This document shows positions 36,290 through 49,000 of a DNA stretch of 64,000 nt, piece after piece. Position 1 is the first letter of the stretch, and the number at the start of each line of letters is the position of its first letter. Source of the DNA: Phoronis australis (taxonomy: Eukaryota > Animalia > Phoronida). The translations under genes were made by a program, and so were the position numbers. The notes beneath the pieces were generated by a model that had not been told where the DNA came from, ran no database searches, and worked only from the letters and a program-made list of their open reading frames with translations. The DNA lies in the NCBI GenBank assembly GCA_002633005.1, contig NMRA01000224.1:253072-317071 (forward strand), in the 5' to 3' direction.

Positions 36290-36706
36290 ACTGATGCGTT
36301 GCATTCTGGGTAACCACCTTCGAACAGAGAATGGCGCTCTGTTATTTCGGGACCGGCCTTTTATTACAGAGAACTGTCTCAGTATATTACAGCGCACCCA
36401 GTCTTCAATATGGGGGGCTCGAATTCCTGACGATTTGGAACTTTTGGTAACAAAAAAGCGGGGCTCGAATTCCTGACGATGTGGACCTTTTGGTAACACT
36501 GAAAAAGCGGGCCACTAAGAAAAAAAACGGGGGCACCACCGTAAATTGCGCGTTTGCTGTTGTTTAGTGGACTTTTGTCTCACTTTCTCGGACTTTTTGT
36601 TTCTCAGAGGCGGACCTTTTTGCCCACTTCGCCAAATGGGGGGAGGGGGGNNNNNNNNNNNNNNNGGGGGGGGGGGCTCACTGAGTCCCCCCTGGGTGCG
36701 TGCATG
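36290..36706. mobile_element. Non-autonomous repeat related to the 54189-54541 element; contains N gap 36651-36665
   Basis: Shared core gcgcacccag..aatat.gggggctcgaattcctga and a poly-G/poly-C end; left boundary approximate. Confidence 0.5.
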
Positions 36707-36800
36707 TATTACATGACATTCACAGACTCTGCAAGATACAGTTTCAACAACAAAAATCGTAAAATACATTGTTCGGTATTTGCAAACGTGATAAGAAAAT

Positions 36801-36806
36801 TTTATT
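36801..36806 (-). terminator. Polyadenylation signal of the CEMIP-like gene
   Basis: AATAAA on the minus strand about 95 nt after the stop codon. Confidence 0.55.
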
Positions 36807-36899
36807 GACATTATATTCACGAGAGTACACACATTCAATCTCAAATTGCGGAGATTAAACTGAATCAGCTCACACACATTCGATAGAATTTTGGCAAAT

Positions 36900-37086
36900 T
36901 TAGAAAACAGGTCTCATGTTAACAGCGATCGGAACCTTCCGGTATTTCCCGTAGGCTGCCGCCCGACAGTCCCCGCTGCCACCACCCGCTACTCTTGCCT
37001 TGATATGCACGCGCTCACAACCAATGGATGAACAATGTTCCCAGCCATTTTTCTTCGCCGTTGCCTGGACTTTTACAAATAGAAGC
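36900..37086 (-). CDS. CEMIP-like last exon (LLFVKVQA..CSSIGCERVHIKA..DCRAAAYGKY..PVF*)
   Basis: ttcag| acceptor, TAA stop at 36902-36900. Confidence 0.88.
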
Positions 37087-40000
37087 CTGAAAAGATTAAT
37101 CCAATTATATTGATTGGTGTTATAACTTATGGTTTAATAAATAACGTATTTCTATTGGCTACAGGATTTACTTTTACAACTGAATTGTTTAAACTATTTT
37201 AAAACATATATTACCGAACAACGATTGTTTACTCGTACCTTCAGAATAAAGTCACAACACCATGATTTCTCAAAATGGTCATAATCAGCTTGAAGTAAAT
37301 GCTCTGTCTCTTAAAACAAAAGAATAAAACACAGTGGATTGAAAACCAGCGAAAACAAATCATATAGGGATGTCCATTTTCTTGCATACCCGACACTCCC
37401 GTCCCAGAAGTAAACGTCATTGCCGGCACTACGGTCTACGTCTGAGATGCTGTAAACACGTCTGAGCTGACGCTTTTTCGATTCGATCCCTGTGAATGGA
37501 CTTCTGACGGCGTAGTACACTTGCGTAAACGTAGTTCCGGTCGGGTAACACACTCCTACGCGCACCCAGTCGCCTCTACAATTGCAAGTTGTCATCAGTC
37601 AAAAATACCATACTTCGGATTTAGAAGCCCTCACTAGTTTGACACAGAATTCAAGATGACATTTATTTATGAAATATGAAAACAAATTAGTTCGCTATAA
37701 TTACTCTAGTACTCCAGAATTGGTTCCTCGAACTATTGAACAACTGTCCGACAGTAGGTCTATCCATTTGTCTACGGCGGTTTCCACTAGCATATGTTAT
37801 TCACTTCCTTTATTTCAGAAGCACGTCACGTATTTATCAGAAGAAACATTTTAATCCATTTATGCGAAACCGAGCGCGTTACCTCAGCGGAGAAGAACAT
37901 CACTAAAGTACAACTGGTGCGAACACCCAATTCCTGTGCTGCGGTCGATTCAGATTAAACAGCTCGCTGGTGCCGCTAGGTGGTAGCCAGCGCGTGCTGG
38001 CCAGGCACGTAGAGAACCAGCGAGATAAAACAGAAGACCTACTCTTAATAAGCGCCACCAACTGAACATCTGCAGTCTACCTTTCTTCCTACCTCTCAGC
38101 GAAGAGCGGGTTCAGCCAGACATGCGCGGGAGACCGCCTGTCCCAGTGCACAGTGTAACCCCTCTCGCTCATCACTCCGAACTGATGCTGTTGTTCCGGC
38201 CCATGCTGTAACCCGTCCAACTTCAGCCCCTTGTCCGGATACTCGTCTCTCACTAGAGTAGCCTTGATTTGTACGTAGTCACTGTTGACGTACAACTGTA
38301 ACAGTTGAGGGTAATGGAGAGTTGAAAGCACAATACTGAGATGTCTATGGTTGAAACAAAATTTAAACATCTATGTGCGCTTGCACGTGTCCTAGAGCAT
38401 GCATAGCAGAGTGAACCGACATTTTATGTCCTCCGCTACAAAAGCGAAGTTTTGATTTAGACCATTTGCCGCTACAAAATTGTTCTCAACTTGTTTCTCT
38501 TCACATAGTGGAAGAAACAGACAAATCCATATTCCTTGAGAGCGTGCTGAGCGCGTAAAATGACGCCCCGTGACAAGCCAACTTGAAGAGCCTGGTCTCA
38601 CGCAATAACGAACTGTCATGATCAGTTCCTTCAGAGCCCCGAAATCAAAGATATTACAATAATCCCCTCCAATTTGACTAAGGAATTATTTGTGACCAAT
38701 TTCATTACTGTAAAAAGTCCAAATAAAAAATCGTTATTGTGATCATGGAAAGTGGGTCTGTAGACGCTTTAAACCCAATCTTAAAAATTGTTGCTTACGT
38801 TTCTAAGGAATGTTCATTTCTACACCGGCGTTTACACGCACGCACGCACACAAGCACGCACGCAAGCGTACAATTAGGTTGCTAAAACTCACTGTATACT
38901 TCCATTCTTTAGATACGCGTTCATAGTCCCTTAACTCACATAAAGTAGATGCCCGGGCAGTGAAAGGGACCCCTGGTGAATTTTTATTTACAATTATGAC
39001 CTGTGGTAGGCGAGATATCGCCGAAATAGCATAACTTCACTCCTTTTTCACTAGTGGAACTCTAAAGATGCAATGACTTTTCCACTGAGAACGTAGTTTT
39101 GAAAGCGAACAGGAAGACCGTATACGGCGCCACGTTTCACATTTTTACTTTGATGAGCTGATGGCTTACATTGAAAGCCCTGGATCCAGAGCAGATGGTA
39201 GCTCCCCACTGTGGCTTGTCAATACATCCGCGATGCTGGTACATGTAATTGTCCTTTCTGGAAACATAACTGTCCCTGAACCCAGTCGTACTGCCGTCCT
39301 GGTCGTGAATTACCGCAGTCTTATCGCCATCTATGGAACCTTTGGGAATGTACACCAAGCTAGCCTGGAACAGAGTTTGCACAAAATAATTTCTCAGTGT
39401 GAACTTGAATTGTGCCACAATCGCCCCTGCGCACATGGAACTCGATCAAATATAACGTGCAGTTGGAAAATACACGACGTGCAACGGGACGGCAGTATAG
39501 GAACTTGACATTGGTAGCCAGTTTTAACATGTTTCGAAGACAAGGGTCTTTGTTGAGTTTTTAAATTGTAACTGCAATCCATGACTGAGTGCTGCTTATT
39601 TTTCTCATTTTTCTTATTCTAATATTAAAGCGGCCATTTTTCTACGATGCGGCTTGGAAAGGTTAGAATTTATTATGTTTTCTAACTCGAGCGTTTGACT
39701 TAGCGCTCGGTCTCATTACGCGATCATGATCTTGAACAACGTACAACGGTTCAGTGATGCACGTAAAGCACTGCCGTTAAAAGCAGAGTGCCAGAGATCG
39801 AAAAAAGTCTTATGTCTTTTCCCAGCCACCGTAATTTTCAGTTTCAATTCTATGTATAAAAATATTTTGGCCTTTCATTGTAATCCTCTGAAATTCGCTC
39901 ATAATTCAAGACAATAATCCAACTCAATAACAAGGTCTACCTTGCTGTCGGCATCAAACGTGTTTCTTTTCAAGTAACTTTCCGGCGTGAACATAAACGG

Positions 40001-43000
40001 ACTCGATTTGAATTTGATTGCCGAAGACTTTCCTCGTGCGGAGTTCAGGTATTTCCGGAAAGTGCATCCTTCAATCTTCACTGGTCCATCGTACACCTCA
40101 AACCCAGTTATGGCATAAAATCTACGAACACACAGGTATTGACATACAATTTAGTTACCTACACAGCGCAAGCAACACCAGAGCGAAGTAAAAATTACAC
40201 TCCCATGAATTTATCCCATATTTCAAATTCAATATGAAAAAAATGAACTTGCTCTCGGTTAATTGACAACATGTCATAATTTTAGTTGCATTCACGTTAG
40301 TATGCAAATGAAACCATCTCTCGCAAAATTCGTTTATGGATATCGTCTTTCATTAAGATTTTATTGACAACTTCGTCATGTTCAAATTGTATTTTGCTGA
40401 CGACAACATAACGGATGTGTCCTCACAAAATTAAAATGACTAAACAAGATCTCACGAGGGTGATCCAAAACTTCGTTCCTTTCCGTCGTATCCTTTCCCC
40501 CACCAACGATTATTGGGACTTCTTGATCCTCTGTTGGCGCTCTCGCCAACAAACACCGTGTCGACCACCTCCTGATGGGAACCGTAATCAAATGGAAGCG
40601 AGCCCGCGCTGCAACAAGCGAATGAGATGTGTACGAAATGGAGTTAACTTGTGACTTTTTCACGACCAGTTATCCAGCGACTTTTTAGATTTATTTCAAG
40701 AAAAAGGATTCATTTGGGAGTAAGAAATTTTAGAAAGAGGCATATTTCCGACTAAAAAAATCTACTGAAGGGCATTTGAAATCGTCAACATTTTTAAACT
40801 TTACATCGCCAAAGACGTACTCATTTTTGACAAGGGATCTCATCTTCTTTAGTTAAATTAACTTCAGGCGTACAAAGACACATGTCCAAAAAGCTCAAGG
40901 GGTAGGTTTAAACATAGACTATAGTACATGGACCGCCAACTCCGTATACTTTCAATGGACGAAATCTGTGCTCTTACGCTTAAGCTGTTACCTCATTATT
41001 GCCTAGCGACACCTGGCCAAATTATCTGGTGTTATTTCCGGCAAGTACGTCGTCTGCTAATCATGGTCGGCTGTTGTGTGGTCGGGTGATAATAGCATTG
41101 CTAAACAGCGATTCATTGCCGAATTATTTTTTTTCGTTGTACTGGACAGCAAAATAGATGCAAGAATTTCCCGTCACAATACACTAGCCGGAAACTGAAA
41201 CAGATAATTTAGGAGAGTGGCGCCTCCTCTAGGATAGTACAATTTTTAGAAAATGTCGGAGTTGCGAATCTGTTGTCTATAATCTATGGTTTAAGGAACT
41301 AACTTTTACCAAAGGGCGATGTTTATGGAACAGAACTCTAAGAAAGAGTGATGGAAGCTCTTTGCAAATGTTCCCTTTTTGGAGACCACTCTACGTGTCA
41401 AACATATAGTCAAAGTACTCTCTCGGCCATTAAAAGCCAAGCGAGATACTCATGGCGTCAAGATAGATAGTTGAATATAGATTCTATGGTAAAAAGTCAT
41501 TAGCCCATTTATCAGCAACTGAAAGATTCACACGATTTCTTATCACAAAGGATGGAAAAGAATTTGAATTAGAATTCCCATCGACGTCCTAATATCAGAA
41601 AGAATAGGCCTACCAAGCCAATCCTTCGCATCAATTTTTTTGATATCTTAAAGTGCGAGTGCCATCCTTTTCATGTTTGTCGTAAATACAACACAAAGAA
41701 CGTAAACTATCAACTCTTATTACCTTGACAACGTGAGTCCAATATTGTTGTCAGCAAACTGGGAATTTCTCACAAAGATGTCGCCACCTCTCATCCACCC
41801 TCCAGCATTGTTTTTGTAACAAATGAACTTGTCAACAATGGCCGGGTCACGTGGTTTGCTAGTATCAGCATCAATGTGCGGAGCGTACCTGTGATTCGGG
41901 GAACAAGCCAGGAAAATACCAGTTAGTAAAATGACGTATTAGTTTTGAGAGAACTGGGACCAGGTCTCGTGGAAATCTTTAAAAATGATTTGTCACCAGA
42001 TATAGTGATTTGTAGGGATCAGTATATACTAAGCACTGTTAAACTCTTGCCGACTTATAACCTTGATGGCTCAATTTTTTCATTCCAGACAACCTTAAAA
42101 TCAATTAAACACTTCGTGAATTACAGCCGTATGTATATATTTCGTTTTTGTTGTCAAATCGTCTACTTTTACAAAGATGACGGTCTGAACGTAAGAATAC
42201 AATCAAAATGTCAAAAGTGTATCTGAAATTCACAAGAGCTTCTCTTTAATATGAAACGCTAAGATGACGTACTAAAAATATTAAATTGTTCATATTTTCT
42301 GTTAGCTGGTGAGCAATGCGATTCATTTTGTGACGTTCGGAAAAGGAAAAACACTTTTTAAGAGACTTACAGGCCACCGCTAAATGAAAATCGTTCTTGA
42401 GGAGCTTGTTTGGATGGCTCTGAATCTTTCACACCAAAATCGATCATAATTCCTTGCTGAAACATGAATTTACATACGTTTTATATTTTTAAAATGCCGA
42501 CTCGGATAAAATGTTGCCATTGGATTTAAGTGTTATAAACAAGTTTTTAATTACGACGACAACAACAAGAACAACAATACTATAAACATTATTATTGAAT
42601 AAATATGTACATACATAAATACCAGTACAGTTCAGTAGCAGCTCTTAGTTAACACAAACTTCGTTGAAAACACGAGAGACTCTGTATCAAACGTTCAAAC
42701 AAAAATTTTTATTCCTGTTCTCAGCAAAGTTTGTATAGATAAATATGCACCCTATGGTATAAACTTAACTTTGATATCAGTACCTACTGGCAAGATAACT
42801 TCATAATTGCGTTGACTTATCTCGTAGATTTCACCCAAAATGGAAGCCGTGTTCCATTAAAAGCCTTTGATCGTAATAAACTTGCCGTAGAGCGACTGAA
42901 ACGGGTTCGTGATTCGACCATTGCGCGCAATTATGTCGGGTGAACATGATGACGCCTACAGGGCAGGATGGAAGCTTTTGCTTGCAACATTTGTTTGTTT

Positions 43001-46000
43001 CCACAACCAAGCAAGAACAGAACCGGAAAGCATTATAATGGAATACATTTTACTACAGTTCTCCTTTAAGGTAACTTTAATTTTACCTGGGAGCACCGTA
43101 CTCACCCCACTGTTACTGTGGGCCCTGTTGTTGTAGAACTTTCCTATGGCACTTCTGGTGCTGTGTCCATCCGGTAAAATACCGGTGGAGGGTCCACTCA
43201 ATTTGTAGTGCATTATGAACCAGTATCCAACACCCTACATCATGAGAAGACGAGAAGAATGTTTTACCGTAACCACAGGAGTAACGTAGGAAGAACTCTA
43301 CAGAAGGTGGATATAACTTCATGGACAACCAGTTCTTCGTGAGAAAAACTGAGGTGAACACTGCACCGGAGAAAGCTCCAACAAAAAGGATTATGTTGTC
43401 TCGTATCTTCCCTTGACACACCGACATTTTCAGAATAGTTGCAAATCATTCAACATGGCCTATTCAACCAGAGTCGAGACATATCCAGCATATTAAAAAA
43501 CAAAACCACGTAAAATACTCTAGTAAGACAATCGAGGCGAGGAAAATTTTGTTTGAACTGAAATTTGAAAGAACTCAGACAGCATGGAACGCTGTGGACT
43601 CACTTGTAACATCTGGGCTCAAATCCTGTGTTGGACGGAAAGCTACAAGTCTCTTCATCTGTAACTGGTTGTTGATTTGAGGGCGTGAAAGGCAGTGAAT
43701 TTGATGTAGATGTGTAAAGAACGGTCATGTCAAACAGCACTGAGCAAGTGATGAAGCTTACCTCTCAAAAAGAATTTAGAAAAGAAAACAACTGGCCTAT
43801 AGATAAGCAACAGGCATCGTGCCTTAGCGTAGTACAGAAACTATAACTTGAATCATGCCCATTCACAATTGCACGACTGATCTACTTTTCAAAATGTGAG
43901 TTACATTGGGAGAAAACTCCTTAGCATGAGAGTGGTGCTGTGCCATTTCAGGACGGGTCTATTGGGACAGTATTTTGGAATCCTTCTTATCTTACCTGTG
44001 AACCTGCTGCTGCGTTGTTGATAAACGTGTTGTTTGGGTGGGCAAACCAGAATGTAGACAAGGCGCTGAAATTAACATCAAGTAACATGAACACACCAGG
44101 TGTTTCCAAACAGGAAAAAAATGAACATCAAACGAAATGCATAAAATCGGGAGTGAGTCGTAAAAGACCACATAGGGGGCGTATCTAGACACTTGTTCAG
44201 GAACAATACAAGCAGAGTGAAAAGTTATCAATCAAATACAGCTTTACTTGTCGACAAGTTCAAATTACACACTGGTAGTTGATTGGAGGATGCGACACCT
44301 ATTTTTCGTAAATAATTTGACGGAAATGACAAAGGGCCAAAATTTGATGGGCAGGAAATATAGCCATACTTCCCATTTTCGCATGCGCTTAATTGCATAC
44401 TTAGTTGATACGACTATATATAACCAAGACTTTGAAAGAATAAATTAAGACGACTTCAAAATATTTCAAAACTGTTCCTTTTTAAGTGGGTGTCGGTTCC
44501 CTGAAATTGTTTTTTATGTAGCTTATGCCTTACGTCTTCTGTAGAAAACTATAAGAAAACTTTAAAGTGTTCGACTGCTTCTGTAAATTTGTAGTCACAT
44601 TAAAGGTGTAAGAATGATTGACTCGTTTAGGGTACTTACACCCCCGTTACCTGTGAAACAATAAGGAAAAAACTCTTCTTCGTTTCTTCGTAAAAGTTCA
44701 TTATTGGAAACACACTTTTCTCGAATTAAAGCAACATCAATCACACAGAGGAGAATTAGCTTAATATTCACCTTACCATTAACAAACTTGAAAAATAAAG
44801 TTAAGTATATAATAATCATTCATTGCTAAAACAGATACATTTAAATCGACTATTTGTCATACTCAGATGGAGATTAGCCTTCATAAAAATAATATGCATG
44901 CAGGCGTTGAACGGGTTTGCAACGATACCGCAAGCTAAGGTTACGCAGCCCGGACTTTCGAATGTATCGTTATAGTTTTACGGTTCTTCAAGTCCCTCAT
45001 GACTAGAATGAAGCATTTATAAACATTGGCTGCAACTCCCATAATTTGTACTTTTGTGCAAGCGAATGAGGAACAGTAAACAAGTTCACGGTGGTGGCTT
45101 TCACTTTATACCGGAATTCATTTCACCGCCTAAGCTTCTTCGACAGAGATCTACTGAAATACGTGCACTTGGCAAACCAATGAAGAACTCACTTGCCGCA
45201 GTTGCCAGAGTGTGGTTGGTAACCTGGCCAAACTTTGTGCCGAATCTTTACACACATGTCCGAGTTGCGATCGGTTGGTAACACTGTGCCGTGACGGGTT
45301 ACGGCACCAAGATTGTGATCGAGTACGTTGAAGCGCTCGCCGCCATCTTCCAGGAAATAACAATGACCTAACGTGTCGTATCCAACTGTGTCTTTCACCT
45401 ATAAATATGAATGAGGGGCAAACGGTGACAACTGGCACAGGATCCAGGGGGAGCCCAGGTAGACCGGCTCCCCAAAATAACTTTTTGTATTGCTGTAGTA
45501 GGCCTACACAAAAAGTGAACACGAAGCGCTCTCCATGTCTTTTGATTGCCAGACCTCCCTCCGTGCATCAGGTCTGCAGATGGAGGTCATGAAGAATGAA
45601 TCTGTTATTGTTCTTTGCTGGATATTTGATGATTTTTTACATTTTTATTGCACTAGCATATTCTAATAGGATAGTGTGTGATGTCTAGCAACACCTCTTT
45701 CAAACAGAATAAGCCGCATCAGCTTCCCTAAAGTCGTCCGCTTGATGCAGTAAGACTATAGTGTACGAAACAGAGAACACGTACTAAGAGATGATTGGTT
45801 CGATGAATAGTAACGCAGCGATTGAACACGTGATGGATGGATGACGACTTGACATAGGCACCCGTTGCGTCATCACACAAGTGAAAGTGGAATGGATAGC
45901 GTGCCAGCGTTTGTTGACCCATCTTTGTCAGTTCAACGCCTTCAAACCGTGCAGACTTGTATCCACCCAAAATCTGGAATTTCATCACATTTCAAAAAAG

Positions 46001-49000
46001 TGAACTATGTATAAATGACATGGGTCAGTCAAGTTGCTGAGTGCAACAACTGATGGGTTGAAGAAAAGTAAGGGAACTTGCTATGAACAGTGCTTCTAAA
46101 ACGGACAGAATAACAATATATGGCCTTACTCAATTTATTCTTCAAAGTAAAACTTGACAGCAAATTATCCTGGTGGTAATTAATATTCAAAATAAGACAA
46201 AAACGCTTAGGTTGATTATTTCGAAGCTATACACAGAGTCTACATAAACCTAAATTTAACCAATGCCATAATGAAGCTTCTTTAGCCATCGGGGTCCTGT
46301 TATACCCGGTTCAAATGCAGGCTGTCAGCATTGCCGCTAGCAGGAAAAACGCCAGTAAATGTGAACGGTCGTAATGTTTCACTTTTGCTGGCGATTTGCT
46401 GGAGAACTGAGTTGTAAAGACACAAAAACTACTGGCGTTTTCGTTAACACTTTTATACTCAGAGCGCATACTTCAAAGGACGCACATGCGCATGCAGGGA
46501 TCAGACTCCCAATTGTTTCATTGTCGAATCTAGCAGTAATTTGCGAAGCCCGGCCCGGATGCAGCTGCTTCTCACCAATCGTCTAGCTTGATCTTTTTCC
46601 AACGCACTATCGAGCTTTGCAGGACGGGGTTCCTGCTCTATAGATTAATTTTCTCTGTCTGGGCCTTTGGAATGGGGGGNAATTGTGGCATTCAACACAT
46701 ATTGTCGCCCGGGCAACAATATGAGTCGAGTTGTAAAATATATGTCAAACCAGGGAGCCAGGGCGGTGTACCTCCCCTCGTTAATTTGCATCACCAGGAG
46801 CGATCTTGGTGGCGATCCTGTGCGGAAATTTCAACTGCAGGGAGCGGGACAAAATAATGATGGGGAACCAAAGTGTGGGGGAATTCTAGAATTTATGTGG
46901 CCTGGGGGAATGCGGAGTGGCGAAAGTGGAGGCAGCGGAGAGATGTTAAATTTGTTTGTGCTCCGACATAATTGTTACTTTCCCACATACAAGCTAATGG
47001 GTAACCTCACATTGTCTGCCACTTTGTAAAACAAACACAGATAATCTAACGACGTGAGATTAGTGGTAATTTTCAACAGTGGCGGATCTAGGATATCACA
47101 GGGGGGGGGGCAACATTTTGCCCGGCTGTAAACATTTGCGCAAACTGAACCACGATTGTAGATGCGCATAGCACCGAATGGGGGGAGGTCGGGAGGGGAG
47201 TTTGCCTCCCTCCCACCCAGGAAATTTTTCTGTTTTTACCTCTAAAAATCAAGCATTTTCCTTGATTCCTGAAGTATTATCCAAGAAAAAAACACGGAGA
47301 ACGTGTCAACCAGGAAAAACTGCACATACCAAAGACTCGAACTCACGACCTTGCGTATACTGCGCGCGTGTGTTACCACTACACCAACACGATTGAACCG
47401 CTAATCTAATACTAAAAGACCTTTGTTTATGGTCCACAGCGTTTGCGCGCGAAACCTATTTCTTTTTGTAATGCTTATTACACGTTTTGTGCAATCAGTT
47501 CTTAACAAATTTGTCGTATTTAAAATAGTCTTCAAATGCCCAAAAGACCAAATCCGTTTTTCGTGTTTGCAATAATGACGGGATTGCTTTGGAAATCGTC
47601 TTAACATAAGGTTTGACAAAGAGAGGGTAATTGTTTACAATATGACGACAATAAGTTGCACATATGATTTTGGTATCGTTAGATTCCTCAGGCTGTCACC
47701 TTTCCAAAAATATATGAAGTGATCCCCTACCGCGTTTCCTTCATATTTTATCGTCGAATTTCAGTTAGCACTATTTNATAGTGCGAGCAGAAATTTCATG
47801 ATAAAAAACTAAGGGAACAGGGTAGGACAAATTTCTACGTATATTTGGAAAGATAACATTGCGAGGAATCGAACGATACCAAAATCATATGTCTAAGTCT
47901 TTGTCGTCATATTGTAAACAATTACCGAACAGAGTATTGCGAGTTTCTGAGTGATTCACTAAGGCTTCGATTAAAATTCACATCTTACCAGCAGCTTCTG
48001 TTTTTTCATCGTCACTCAGGTTCCATTTTTTTTTAAATGAAGTAAATTTTCTTCATTGCACAGTGGAGCAGACGACGGAAACTGAGTCGTAGTGCGCAGC
48101 GCCACTGCCGGTCGCCTGGGATATCGCAGGGGAGCCTACACTTAGCCATAGTTCCGTTACGAATGCGCCTTGTTCCGAATTTGACACTTGAAATTGGATT
48201 TGAGCCCCCCCCCCTCCCCCAACACTAAAACTGCACACATTTAAATCTTTTCTCATCCGTATAATTTTAATTACCGGGGTTAATTAATAAACTCAACATT
48301 TCCCTACGCTCTTACTGTTTTATTTTTTTTGCGGCAGCCAAGGGGGGGGGGGCCGGTCCCCCTGGGCCCCCCCCCTAAATCCGCCTATGTTCCAGATTCA
48401 CTAAGTTGAACTAAGATTACCGTAACTACTCCAAAGTATCGCACAATCTGTTCAATTTGCACACCTCCCATCAGTTAAAAACATGAATGTTTTGCATTCC
48501 CATTCCGGAGATTTTGTTTTTAATATTTTCTGCAGATTTAAATATTTGATTGAAAAATTTAAAAACAACTAACCATGATATGGCCTCCGAACGTGTCGTA
48601 ATTGAAAAACTGACAAAGATCGAACTTTTCGTAGTTGTAACAAGATGGCTGCATTTCTCCTTCTACCCGGATATTGTGGGTCAACATCCCTACTTCTCCA
48701 CGCATATCCACGCCTTCGGAGACCTCTCCGAAGTGAAGATATTTAGCCGTTCCTGAAAATATTTACAATGTGATTTCTTTCATGGACTGGTACTAAAACT
48801 ATGTCACCACTGAAGAGTTTTCACGAAACTTTTTGCTGTTACTCGTCCAGAAAGAAAACAATCACGATCGTTACAAAATATCGAAGCGTATTAAGTAGCT
48901 TATTCAGAGGCCTCACAACCAAGAGCATCCTCGACGTCATATTTGTCATGCACGACCGTGACGGGTGACGACTACGCCAACAATGTCGATGACGGTGAAA

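Noticed and set aside
48574-48620. Suspected frameshift in CEMIP-like exon 9
   Set aside because: Re-reading gives TTT TTC AAT TAC GAC ACG (FFNYDT), which is in frame
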